Shown here in pieces: positions 41,501-55,100 of a DNA stretch of 64,000 nucleotides. Source of the stretch: Haliotis rubra (Eukaryota); the NCBI RefSeq assembly GCF_003918875.1, contig NW_025767252.1, positions 558,001 through 622,000 of the forward strand. The letters run 5' to 3'. Every line of letters starts with the position of its first letter. Positions within the stretch are counted from its first letter, which is position 1. The notes beneath the pieces are model-generated. The model saw only the letters and a program-made list of their open reading frames with translations, did not search any database and was not told the origin of the DNA. A program made the translations under genes and the position numbers.

Positions 41501-42589
41501 TTACCAGTGATAACGTGGAAGGTTGTTGTGGATCCAGTTATGGGCGGGTGTAGGGTCCAACGTTTCATAGCGTCAAGGGTGTCGGCGACCGCTTCGCAGG
41601 CTCTGGGCAGGAGTACCATAATGGGGTTCTACTGTCTGACACTGAACCCGACTGATAGTGTTGGTCAGGCTATGTATGTGTCGGGTGTTGGCAGAGGCTC
41701 CATGATGACCGTGTTAGAGGCTGCACAGACTGACAGTATTTCGGCGGCCTAGATGTAAAGACTATAGGGGTTTATCGGTCTCTGTGTCTGTGATTTATCC
41801 ATGCACCACGAGCTCAGGAACAGCCCAACTGAGAAGTACAATCACTAAAGGACAGATCAGGGTTGGGTACAGGACAACAAATAGGTAGGCCGCAAAAGTT
41901 TACAAATATTTAATACATATATATTTATACTACTTGTCTCCAACCTACACGACATAAGTTAATAAGTTGTCTTTGTCGCTTTATTTATTCATTCTCAAAA
42001 TACATACTGGGTGGAGTATTTCACGTACTGAAAGGCGAGGTGACCATTAAATGTCATTGTGGGCAATACTCACGTTGAACGTTGTGTAATATTCAATCTG
42101 TGTAATAACTGGTCATCCCAGACCCGCCTGGAACTACAGGCGTGTAGCTCATGTATGCCATTCACATATGATATTGTGTTTATAAATATGCACATTCGTG
42201 AGTTGCGTATATATTTTACATTGCAGTTTTAATCGGTAATGTGAGTGTTATTTTATTTCCCAGTTCTATTTCTGACTACCAGCACAAATGTTACACGGAG
42301 CCATATATTGCTGCTCTGCTTGTCAGGGGTTGTGCATGTCTGAAGGTGGTGAATTATATTTGTGAAGGACTGAAAGAATATACTTAAACAAAGAGCCTGT
42401 TTTACCAGCACTGTGTGTTCCCCGCCAGTTCTCCTTGTTGGTAGGCTGGGATATCCAAGTCTTTGTGTGTGTACGATAGCGACAAATGTGTGAAGTTTCT
42501 CAAAGGTTACAATCTGAAAGAAGAACACCCTAGTAAAATAGTCTCCTACTTATGTACTTATCATCACTAGGTTCTACATGGATGTCTCA

Positions 42590-44200
42590 ATAAGGAGCAG
42601 GATCTGCCTTCGCGCACATCCTTACGATGTGGATACCACCTAGACATTACCAAGAACACGTGTTATGGACTGCCAGCTTCCTTATTGCAATAGAGGGAGG
42701 GAGAGGGGAGGGGGACCAGTGAATGTGTGATGATATAAAAATATGAAGTGTGTTGATCCATTTTCAAGTGAGGTATATGAATGACATGTGACAACTGATA
42801 ACAGCATGGGTTGTCAAAATTGAAGTTCTGGAACGTAAGAATGTAATACACTGTATCACTAAAACGTGAAAGGAAAGACAAAAGCTGTGAAGATAATCTG
42901 CTGAATGTCATATCAACAATCAAATCCACAAGCGAACAAGCGCAGTTGAGGATAAACCTGACAGGACACGTGGGATAAGTCGAACATCCCCATTGTATTT
43001 GGTATTCAGGCTTACAAATCAAATGCTAGGTTTTTGCCACACCCTGGTCAGGCATCATTCAGTTCTGGAACAGAATAAATTACAAAGTTCTCATTTGATA
43101 TTTTTTATGACTGGGATGAGTAGTGAATATATTTATCCATATATGATGTAATTCATTTTAGAAACCACCAGTCGTATTTTGAGGAGGTTGCCAACATTTG
43201 ATGACCGAGCAATTGCTGGTGTTTAGTAGGATGTTCATTTTGGACAAATTATTCGAGAGTTGGTTTATTGTAGAATAAGCTTCATATTTACTTGAACAGT
43301 AGTTTAAAAGGCTTCAGGACATGTTCATGTGCTTTTTTTTCAACATCTGTCAGGACTTCAATTAATTTTGAAACAACTTTAATACACTTTGGATGTCAAT
43401 CGGTACGTATCTTATGGAATTATTTTGACTATCTTATGAGGATGTTTGTTTAGCGCCGTATTCAGCAGTATTACAGCTGTAGATCTGTAAACAATCTAGA
43501 CTGGACCAGACAACCCAGTGATTGACACCATGAGATACGATGGCAAAACATGTGTTTATGAATCACTATAACCAAATGATGATACCAGTTTTTCGCGATA
43601 GGTGAGCGTATCCTGCTCCATCGATGTCACTCGTCAACATATGCAGGGGCTAGTCAAATCTTCAGCTGAATCAACTTCGGAACATGTTGTACAAAATACG
43701 GAATTGTGTTGGACACCATTTTAGTCACTGATGCATCAAATTTTGTCACTCTGAATCTTTATGCATATATCTAAATATGAAAGAGGCAGTCACACTTGTC
43801 TCCTTAATTTCAAGATCAGGTGAGTAAATCAGTAGAAGGCAACTGGATGGTTATTGAACCATATCAAGCTTCTTATAAGCTTCAGTTAAACTTGTCCAAA
43901 TTACCTTGTTTTGATTTTGCTAACCCAAGCAGACATTCTGATGCATATTCATAAAGAAACAGATCCGCAAGATTACTCAGTAAACTTAAAATTACAGTTG
44001 CTTTCATTTTTGACAAATTGTCCTGAAGCTCTGAAGATAGATATGAAGGGATGTCTTTGTTCACTACGTTTATTTACAAATGCTCCATGGATCAAGAAAT
44101 GAAGTTTGTCATGGTGTGGTGGTGTACAACGTTGAAAAATCAAATGCTTTGGCAGAACTGAACTCGACTCGTTTCTGAGACTGAACAATTTCTTACAAAC
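42590..44200 (-). mobile_element. Penelope-like retroelement RT relics
   Basis: Minus-strand fragments LADLFLYEY, ASFIFRY/SYLD-like and FNFDN..IPHLK; inverted terminal motif ggagcaggat (42594) / atcctgctcc (43610). Confidence 0.55.
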
Positions 44201-44211
44201 GCATTGTGATA

Positions 44212-45504
44212 TAGTATGACCAGAAATTTTTGAGAATTTTAGGAATTTGTTTAATTGGATTTCTAGTATAAACAACCTTGACCAGCTATCAAGTGCTTGG
44301 TTTCCTTCAAGAGAGACAACTCCGCTAACCCTTTTTCATTAGTTTGTGAAGAGTTATCCCCCTTTGTTTACTTGCTAGCAGACACATTTTCAGTGATCTT
44401 CAGTATGGATGATTTAGAGAAGAGGAAGTTGATTTTAGAGTATTATAACAAGGACATCAGATCAGCTAAAGTGATTTCAAGTAGAACAGGCATCCCTTTG
44501 TCCACTGTTTATCGTGTTTTGAAAAATATTGCAAATGGATATGGCATTGAGCACCAGGGAGGCGCAGGTAGGCCCAGAAAATTGACTGTCGGTGACAGGA
44601 GGCGGCTTGGTATTCTTGTTTCTAAAAACAACGAAGGAGTTTAGAAAACTTAAGGCTGGATATGATTGATAGAGGAACCATGGCTGTCTGTAAGGAGACA
44701 ATTAGAACTGAGCTGCATGCAATGGCATGGGTTGGCAGAAAAGTCGAGGAATTCCATCACCGATCATGAAACCTGAACCAAAGGAGCGAAGGTTGAACTG
44801 GTGCTTACAGCATAGAAATTTTAACTGGGACAATGTGATTTTCTCAGATGAAAGTTCTGTGTGGCTGTTTCCTAATACACTGAAATTCTGGACCAAACAA
44901 ACTGAAAAACCTTTGTATCAGCGTCCAAAGTACAGTCCGAAATTTAACGTGTGGGGTGGCACATCTGTGTTAGGGGCAACGCCCCTCTGTGTATTTGAAG
45001 GGAATATGAACAGTGAGCGGTACACAGATATTCTCGAGGGACATTTACTTCCATCTGCTCACGTGTTCTATGGAAATTTTGGATTATCCAGCAGGACAAC
45101 GACCCAAAACATCGTTCAAAGCATTCACATGCCTGGTTTCGGACCCAAAATCTGACAATATTGGCCAAGTTATAGCCCTGACCTAAATCCAATACAAAAT
45201 GTTTGGGGACTTATGAAGGAAAGTGTCAATAAGAAAATCGGACAAATATTGCTGAAATGAAAGAAGAGATGGTCCGATATTGGGACAGCATGGACCACGA
45301 CTTTCTAGCTTCTTTGATCAGTAGTATGCCTCGCCACATTGAAGGCTGCATTGCTGCCCATGGTGACTTGACAAAATACTAACTGTTCACCTGTCTTTGA
45401 ATCTGGAGTTATGTTCTGCTAATATTCACATTTAATACGTGAGTAATAAGTGAAAAAAAAAAAAATTACAATCTTTATATTCTCAATAATTTCTGGTTGT
45501 ACTG
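44212..45504 (+). mobile_element. Near full-length Tc1 transposon with inactivated transposase
   Basis: TIRs tagtatgaccagaaatt.ttgagaat / attctcaataatttctggttgtactg flanked by TA. ORF from 44405 has GRPRK, FSDES, QQDNDPKH and PDLNPIQNVW (catalytic E replaced by Q), with several frameshifts. Confidence 0.92.
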
Positions 45505-45581
45505 TACATGACAACTTATAATACGGACACTCTAATGACAGAGAGACGGGTTGATCACAAACTATGCACCAGACACAACAC

Positions 45582-47240
45582 TTTGTGGGTGTTACCAGGG
45601 TAGGAGATATGTTTGTGGGTGTTACCAGGGCAGGACATATTTGTGGGTGTCACCAGGGCAGGACATGTTTGTGGATGTTACCAGTGTTACCAGGGCAGGA
45701 CATGTTTGTGGGTGTTACCAGTGTTACCAGGGCTTGGGACATGTTTGTGGGTGTTACCAGGGCAGGACATGTTTGTGGGTGTTACCAGGGCAGGACATGT
45801 TTGTGGGTGTTACCAGTGTTACCAGGGCAGGACATGTTTGTGGGTGTTACCAGGGCAGGACATGTTTGTGGGTGTTACCAGGGCAGGACATGTTTGTGGG
45901 TGTTACCAGGACAGGTACCAGGGTGTTTGTGTGGGTGTTACCAGGGAAGGACATGTTTGTGGATGTTACCAGTGTAGGGGAGGTACCAGTGTAGGACCAG
46001 GGCAGGACAGGGCAGGACATGTTTGTGGGTGTTACCAGGGCAGGACATGTTTGTGGGTGTGTTACCAGGGCAGGACATGTTTGTGGGTGTTACCAGGGCA
46101 GGACATGTTTGTGGGTGTTACCAGGACATATGTTTGTGGGTGTTACCACAGAGGTGGGACATATGTTTGTGGGTGTTACCAGTGTTACCAGGGCAGGACA
46201 TGTTTGTGGGTGTTACCAGGGCAGGACATGTTTGTGGGTGTTACCAGGGTAGGACATTTGTTTGTGGGTGTTACCAGGGCAGGACATGTTTGTGGATGTT
46301 ACCAGTGTTACCAGGGTAGGACATATGTTTGTGGGTGTTACCAGGGCAGGACATGTTTGTGGGTGTTACCAGGGCAGGACATGTTTGTGGGTGTTACCAG
46401 GGCAGGACATGTTTGTGGGTGTTACCCAGGTTACCAGGGCAGGGACATGTTTGTGGGTGTTAGGACATGTTTGTGGACATGTTTGTGGGTGTTACCAGGT
46501 GACATGTTACCAGGTGTTACCAGGGCAGGACATACCAGGGTAGGACATATGTTTGTGGGTGTTACCAGGGCAGGACATGTTTGTGGGTGTTACCAGGGCA
46601 GGACATGTTTGTGGGTGTTACCAGGGTAGGACATATGTTTGTGGGTGTTACCAGGGCAGGACATGTTTGTGGATGTTACCAGTGGTACCAGGGCAGGACA
46701 TATGTTTGTGGGTGTTACCAGGGCAGGCAGGGCAGGACATGTTTGTGGAGTGTTACCAGGGCAGGACATATGTTTGTGGGTGTTACCAGGGCAGGACATG
46801 TTTGTGGGTGTTACCAGGGCATATGTTTGTGGGTGTTACCAGGGCAGGACAGTGTTACCAGGGCAGGACATATGTTTGTGGGTGTTACCCATAGGACAGG
46901 GCTGGAGATATGTTTGTGGGTGTTGTTACCAGGGCAGGAGGACATGTTTGTGGGTGTTACCAGGGCAGGACATGTTTGTGGGTGTTACCAGGGTGGGAGA
47001 TATGTTTGTGGGTGTTACCAGGGCAGGACATGTTTGTGGGTGTTACCAGGGCAGGACATGTTTGTGGGTGTTACCAGGGCAGGACATGTTTGTGGGTGTT
47101 ACCAGGGCAGGACATGTTTGTGGGTGTTACCAGGGTAGGACATATGTTTGTGGGTGTTACCAGGGAAGGACATGTTTGTGGATGTTACCAGTGTTACCAG
47201 GGCTGGAGATATGTTTGTGGATGTTACCAGGGCAGGACAG
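45582..47240. repeat. Minisatellite, 28-bp unit gtttgtgggtgttaccagggcaggacat (30/36-bp variants)
   Basis: More than 50 tandem copies; explains the overlapping CGCYQGRT/LWVLPGQD ORFs. Confidence 0.97.
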
Positions 47241-48976
47241 GTGGGTGCTTGCCCCTAACATATGTGATATAACACTCGTTGACATGGGCGTAAACGTAGA
47301 TATACGTTGGTACAACCAGTAGTTGGATAGCTGTTGATTTAAAGTAATTACCACAATAGAGTAGAACTACACAATCAAAGAAAAATACAGTTAAAATGGC
47401 AGTATAAATCATAATGGAAGTAGTAATATAACAACACGGTATATGATGATTATACTCTCACGGCAGCAAGTGTGGAAACGTTTCCACATAGACTTTACCT
47501 GGATATCAAGGTTGAAAGTATTCATGTATTTATTTGGTGCAAACATTATCGTATAACAGCTATGAATTATAAGTGTAATATGTTTTCCCTGTCATATTAC
47601 CATAATTACGATGTTAATAAATACACAAACAATCTTTTCCACTTGTCCGATTTCTTGCCCATTTTCATCATGCTGTAACATCACATCCGGGTCTTCGTTT
47701 TCTTCTGAGTTCCCAGTCATAACTGAAGTCAAAGACTACACGGGTGATTTGATCTTTGGTTAGATTACAAACAAGTTATTAAATATATCATGTCCATATG
47801 GACGAACGTCATGAGGGATTCACGCTTTATTACTATCAACAACCACAATTGTGACCCATATTGAATGACCCCATCGTGTGATAGAACGATACCAGATTCC
47901 TTTTAGGAGATAAAAAACCCAGAGGTTTGCTGGCTGCACTTCCAGGGTGTGACCTAAACGAATACTAAGCAGCATCACTGTAAAGTAGCCATTCAGATTT
48001 TCAACTGGAAGCAAAACAATATCATCAGCACCAACCTTTGTATTATTAATCCCAATCATATACACGTTAAATAACTTACAGGCAACTGTACGTCAGACGA
48101 AGGTGTAAATAAACAATTCAGGCGTAAAAACTTGGGAAAACTGGGAAAAAACGTACAGGGAAATGAAAGCATGGTACGTTGAGCCCCTTACGTTTTACGT
48201 AGATCGACTCTCATGATGTTGATCACGGGTTTGCTTGGTCCAGACACAATTATTTACAGGCCGTCGTCATACAGCTGGAATACTGCTCAGCGTGGCTAAA
48301 CAACAAACAAACAACACCAGATAAACAGTTAACATCTTCTAACACTTCCTCAGGTATATCGTCCAGTTTCGTGACTTCCGTCTTCCAGCAGGCTCTATCA
48401 CATACTACAGTTTCAGGTCTCACAATGAATGACTTCACTGTCAATGACGTTGCAGTTAAACAGATTCGAATACGCGTCTCTCTATGTACCAAGCACCAGG
48501 CCAGTTTTCCTGTTGTTTCATCTCCTTTGTTTAAAACAAATACCAACTTTGCCTGTTATCTCCCGAAATGCCACAGAATATCTTTCACGTCTGTTTTAAG
48601 TCCGACAAAGTCTTCGCGTTGTACTATACACTTGTATACGGGAGGTTTGTTCTTTCACCTGTCTAGATATCTAGACACTTACTCCTTCCGATATACACAG
48701 ATCATTCCATGAAGCAGACACCTATGTCAACCACTACGTAGGACTGCGCCTTGGTACTTGGTACTTGGTACTTGAGTCAACCATTTCACCAGTTCGCATT
48801 CCCCAAGATGTTTGTAAACAGTCAGCCACAGTTATTGACGGCATTGTGTATTACAACTCTCTCTGGTAACATATCCACTCCCGACAGATGATTTGATTTG
48901 TATATAGTTTCCAGATAGAAATGTATAACCTACATTGAATAAGTTGATGAAGATGTTTGTTTCCCAGACCTGAAGC

Positions 48977-49152
48977 ATGTCTGACCGAGAGGCTGTACAC
49001 ACTGGGGATGGAGAAGTGCAGAGTGGACAGGGGCACAGACTCCGTGGTACATGGACCTCCAGCAGGGAGTTCATTCTGACTATGATAGGTGCAGCTGTTG
49101 GATTCGGCAATCTCTGGCGTTTCCCATACATATGTGCCAGAAACGGGGGGAG
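48977..49152 (+). CDS. SLC6 coding exon 1 (TM1)
   Basis: [58 protein letters not shown]|gtgagt; acceptor at 48967; one extra G. Confidence 0.92.
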
Positions 49153-52100
49153 GTGAGTTTAGTAAACGTGTTGTTGATTAGTAACATATCAGCTGATGGA
49201 TGGCAGTAACAGACTGTTTTCGTGTCGCACGGTGACAATCACTGGATTGTCTGGCCCATACTCGATTTGTTTACAAACAGCATCGTACATATGTAACACT
49301 GCTGAAACAAACATATGCTCACGATATAGTCACAATTGTACAATCGACCCTGCTTTTAGCAGAGATTTCTTATGAATATGGAAAGGGCTTTGTCGCTTCT
49401 GTTTAAATATGAGTATAAGATTATCAAAAATATATAACTGTTGGTGTATGTCCAAATAAGTTTGGTAAAATGTGTCATATTTTAGATCTTACTTTTTTCG
49501 TTAATCACAAAAAAATTCTCTATGCCCTTCATTCTTGCCTGTGTCATATTCTCATGTCACATTGTAGATTTAGCCTGTACCAGAGACAGATTAGATGTCG
49601 GGAAGTGTTCGGTGACAGGTGAGCAGAATGTGTTACATAATCAGCATTCACCCTACACGTGCAAGCAGTTAGCACAACGGATCAGTGTGAGGTTTTAAGT
49701 CTCAAATTTACCGGGATCAATTTCATATAAAAGTCAGTCGTTTTGAAACAGTAGGTGTATGTCCTAAATCACGACAGATCAGTGTTGTTTTCAAACAATC
49801 AATGTTTGACTGTTTCCGCTTCAGGTGCCTTTCTCATACCTTACCTGATATTCCACTTTACGCTTGGGCTACCTATCTACTTCCTCGAGGTGTCAGCCGG
49901 GCAGTTCTCTGGCAGAAACAGTGTTCACATTTGGAGTGTCTGTCCACTATTCAAGGGTAAATTTAGCTTACATTGTAGTAGCTACAATGTGTGTTGATGC
50001 CACTAAAGAATCATAAACGTTTCAAACGTTCGGATGTTTTATAATACAGCTATGTTATAAACATATTCCAATTCCTTCAAAGCGCCAACACCAGTGATTA
50101 ATAGTTCCAGTATTTGACAAAACATATTCCAGATGTCGTGAAATACTAAACGGTAATGACACTAAGTTTTCGTCAAAAGGGAAAATGTTACTCTGAGGGT
50201 AACATCCTATTCGTTGCTTTCATGATATATATGCTGCCGTGAAACCAACACTGAAAACTGAAAAACGGGTGATAACACTGGGTAACATACAAACAGGACA
50301 TGTCGTTTTCAACTTTCTTGCTTTTCCACAGGAATAGGCATCGCCCAAGTAATCATGGCAAGTTTAGCAGCGGTGTGGTACCAAAATGCTCTTGGCTGGA
50401 CTCTTTTCTATCTCGGAATGTCCTTCAGTCCTGACCTAACCTGGAGCAGCTGCAGCAACTGGTGGAACACTGAAGACTGTGTGGATGGTGATTACCGTTA
50501 CTCAGGGGAGACCCTCAACACCAGTTTACCTGGAACAGAGAACGCAACACTACGAGCTATGGACAGTCTCTCCAACTTCTCGCTCTTCAATACTGGCGCG
50601 GGCGAGTTCTGGCAGTAAGTCCTAGTTCTTATACAGCAATATGAAACATTATCATGAACAAGAATTCCCCGTTATTAGAAGATTCTAAAGGCACATTGGT
50701 AGGGTAGCAAAGGGAAAGGGCAAGGTTGGGGTGAGGATACGTAGGATTGCAGTTATCATTACGTAATTATTGAACATCAATGCGAATTTAGATTTATGTG
50801 ATGCAAACAATTCTTCCAAGAAATAACCTCTTACTATCCCTCTCTATAATCACATTGTGTATATATGAAGCGATCAATGCACTGCAATGACCAGTCTTCA
50901 GATTGATTCTATTTGGCGTTAAGGGCAAAATAGCTGTATATTTTGGATTTTATAAAGTATATACATGGATCACGGACAATCCCTGATGCCACAAAGTGTC
51001 CGCATGATGGTCAAGCATGTCCAGACCTTTCTGATAGGAATGTGTCCATAGTCCTGACATATCAAGATATATACTTTGGCTATATCAAGGTACATACGAA
51101 GCCTCTTTGCGCTCCTGGGAACCTGAGTGGCTCAGCTGCACTTCACAGTGCAGAGTTCCCTCACTTGGATACGCTAGAAACCTAGAATCGTGGGTTCGAG
51201 TCCGGATTCGCCTCAGTTCTGTTGTTTCTAGATTGGCAGTACCATGCGCGTTTTAGAGGTTTCACCAAAGTATTACACGTCTAAGACCTACACCACTAAG
51301 GGGTATTTCGTTCCCATCGGAGAAGATGCACCATGATACATCTGGAATGTTCAAGGGAGCATAAGATCCAACTCACTCACACACACCGCGTGACTGGACA
51401 ATGCGTGATTAACAACAAACAAATAGAATCCAATCTATTAATAAGTTGCTAGAAAACTGAAACATCTGTGAAAAGCTTTTCACGGTATTATTATAAGCTA
51501 TACAGACGCCTTTATACTAAAGTATATACGAATGTGTACACTGCAGGTATAGGGCGCTGGGGGTGTCTGAGGGGGTCCATGACACAGGTACCATCCAGTG
51601 GCACCTTGCAGTCTCCTTACTTGGTTCATGGATCGTTATCTTTCTGAGTCTAGTGAAAGGTATCAAACGTATCGGCAAGGTGAGGACACACAATGGCATT
51701 TGTCCAAATAATTGAGAATATATTTATTGACTGCAGTTGTGAACCATTGCTGGAATTCAGTAATGTATATTTGCAGACATTTAAGGTGTATTCAACATCG
51801 CTTTTTATATGCATAAATTATGATTTCAGTTATTCTTTTCCATTTCATTGTGCAAACATCCATGACCCTTAGATGACATATTTCCTGAATTACTTGAAAG
51901 GGCATCTACTTGGGAAGCACTAATTACACATAGAGCCAACTTACATACAAGACTCATGGTACATTTTTACCATCAAAATTGTTTCTCGCCTCAGCAATTC
52001 TTTGACAATGGTATCAAACATGTTTGTTTGACGATGCATGTTTGTGAAGAAAACGAGAACCGGACATCCCATGTTGTCCCAAGTTTGGACGGTGTTCAGG

Positions 52101-55100
52101 CAGATGTTCCTGCACATGTAATGTTCCTATGTATGTTGTTCTTGCCCATATAATGTTCATGAACATGTTGTTCTTCCTCATGTAATATTGTTCCTGCATA
52201 TGTTCTTACACATGTAATGTCTCTACGTATGTTTGTTCCTGCAGACGTATGGGTCCTGTATATGTCGTTCTTCCTCATATATAATGTTGTTCCTGTGGTG
52301 TCTGTAGGTTGTGTACGTGACTGTCCTTCTGCCGTACCTGCTACTGGCAGTTCTCTTCATCAGGACCATACTTTTACCAGGCGCTGTGGATGGAGTTGTG
52401 TTCTATTTAAGCCCAGATTTCAGCAAGCTGTTAGAAGTTCAGGTAAGATCAGTCATGGGTAATTGGTGACACTCCCACATATTGTACTTCAAAGTTACAT
52501 TGTGTACAATGTATATCTCCCTGTATGCTTCTTATGATTATTATACGGGTTCGTGGCCCAAATACATTGATTGTTTTTATCATACCATACCCTTCCTGTG
52601 GCCCTGTCCTGGGGACGTTTTACAGTCCTTATACAACTGGAAACCTAGGTTGACTCTGCTTTTAGAAAATAATTCTATGTCTATATGAAGGGTTTATTGT
52701 TGATATTATACTTCTCGTAACATTGAGATGTTTAATATAGTTCATTACCCGTCCTCAACATCCCACACGACTAACTGGTTCCAGTGGTAAGGCTTGCAGA
52801 TTTTGTTCATGAATATTCTCGCATCCCGAGTCCACAGATCGATCTCTATAATGTACATTTCTGCTCCAAATTCGTTTATGAACAAACCACTATCACGTAG
52901 CTGAATATTGGTGAGTGAAGTAGTTAACACCAAACAACCCGTTTATATTACTGACATATTACATTACATTCATGTAATCAATACAGATAATATACGTCTA
53001 ATAGCCCAGGTCACGTCATGGGATAAACGTGTTATTGACAAGAAATGTAATATCATTATTTTTCCTATATTTCAGCAATGTAAATATGTTTCAAATGAAC
53101 ATATTCCCTTTCATCGTATTTTTCACATCATTTTTTTCGTTATATATCTCATATCGTGATATTTTATGCTATATCGGGGATCTGTCTTTACAACTATGAT
53201 AGTATAACACGTGGGGGTCTCTCGCTGGAGATTCAGTTTGAATTTCGAACACAATGTACGGATTCATTTAAAAGATAAATGACAACCGTTTGAAGCCTAA
53301 AATGACTGATCAATATTGTTTTAAACTTCCGTTTCTGTTGTGTCATGCTCCCAACACCCATGGACACGCCGTGGACACAAGAAGTTAACCGGGGCTCTGT
53401 CCGTAAACAACTAGGTGTGACACCAACAAACAACCAAGACATCTGATGTGATTAACAATTGTATTCTAAAATTAACTGAATTCACAAAACAATACAAATG
53501 TACCACAATGACAGCACAAAATGCTGTGGCAGTTCAAATTAAGAAATAATATAACACAAGAGAAGTGATATTTACCCCTCAGAAAAGTAACTCAGCTTGA
53601 AAAAAAATAGGTCGCTGCAGGGTATAATCGGCACATATAACTCTGGCTAGCTATTCCGGAATGTTCGTAGCCCTACGAACTTCTTAAGCTCATTCTTAAC
53701 ACATTGGCTACGATCGAAGTTAAGAATTGTTAGGGCTACGAACGTTTGGAGAATAGGGGCGCTGGTCTTCTCGTAACTTGTCATATCATATGAGGTGAGA
53801 AACAAGAGTTAACTCCCCTTATATGCCTAAGAAAAGGATGCTGGAAAAATGTACACAAGGGCAGATTCTGGAATCAGCTGTTGGTAGCACTTTCAAGATC
53901 TTTCTATTTTAATCTGGTAAAAGTCTAAATGTAGCACACCGCTGTTCCTCACTGATTATCACATGTGCAATGTATTCACCTAGAACATTGGTTCACAATG
54001 CATATAACAACGACAGGACTTTAACACCAAGGAGATGTCCTCGTGAAAATATGTTATAAAAGATACATTATTCAGTTTCGGATTTCGATACTTTTGTCTG
54101 ACTTATATCAAGCTCACTTACGTTTTCATATGATTTATTTGTGCCAACACAATAAAGCAGTATATATAATGTTTGAAGTGTATGCCTTCTACAGGTTTTT
54201 TAATTTCTAAATTTATTGATGTTTACTATGATATTTGATTGTTCTCGTCACGATATGGCTGAAATATTGCCGATGTGACGATAAATATTAACTCACTCAC
54301 TCACATGCAGGTAATGCAGTTGGTATGAGGTTCAAAGGCCAAATCAGACAAGGCAGTGATACTATGTACACGTTTCCTTTTCCAGGTTTGGCTTGAGGCT
54401 CTTCTTCAAATATTTTACTCTATTTCTCCCGGAACTGGTGTGGTGGTCAACTTGTCGAGCTACAACAAGTTTAATGAAAATTGCCTGAGGTAATCAAATG
54501 CAAATATCTCGAAACATCTTTCTTTCTTTCAACTCTACTCTAAACAAACGTAGGGGATACTAAAGATGTACTGCCACGATATGTTAAAACATCCATTCGC
54601 ACAATGTGTATGAGTCTCCCAGCGGCGATTTGAGGGAGACTGCCCCACACTTCTTGCAGCCCGACACTGCTTGCATCCCCTGCCAAGTTCCGCCATCTTG
54701 GTGTGCAGTCTGTGATGTTACGTACAGGTTTTCATAGCTGGTCATGTTCAGTGGGGTGGACATCTTGGCTCATTGCTGGCCACGGTATTTTGTTGATGTG
54801 CTGGAGGTGAGCGGTGGCGATTCGTGCACGATGGGCATAGAGACAAAACGCTGACCCACACTCACAGGACAACAAAGGTTGCAGGATGTTTTCCCGGTAG
54901 TATTGTTCAGTGACCATCATTGCATAATTCGAGTTTCGCGCAGCCATTGTAATGCAAATGTAATCCTACCTCATACTTACCTGCCAGACTAGTCCACACG
55001 TCCTATCAGAACATAAGACTCGTGATCAACACTGATTACTTATCTGTCGAAAATATGATTTGTAATGGGTGGAACAAGAGAGATGACCGCCGAGGATGTA

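Noticed and set aside
45551-47322. Long Cys/Gly-rich ORFs (up to 338 aa) resembling a repetitive or metal-binding protein
   Set aside because: The 28-bp unit has no + strand stop and cycles through all three frames. Unit lengths are not multiples of 3 and no splice context is evident, so this is a minisatellite artefact.
54973-54983. atacttacctg, matching the U1 snRNA 5' end
   Set aside because: No further U1 similarity; it is simply the reverse complement of a cag|gtaagtat donor-like sequence inside a Tc1 relic.
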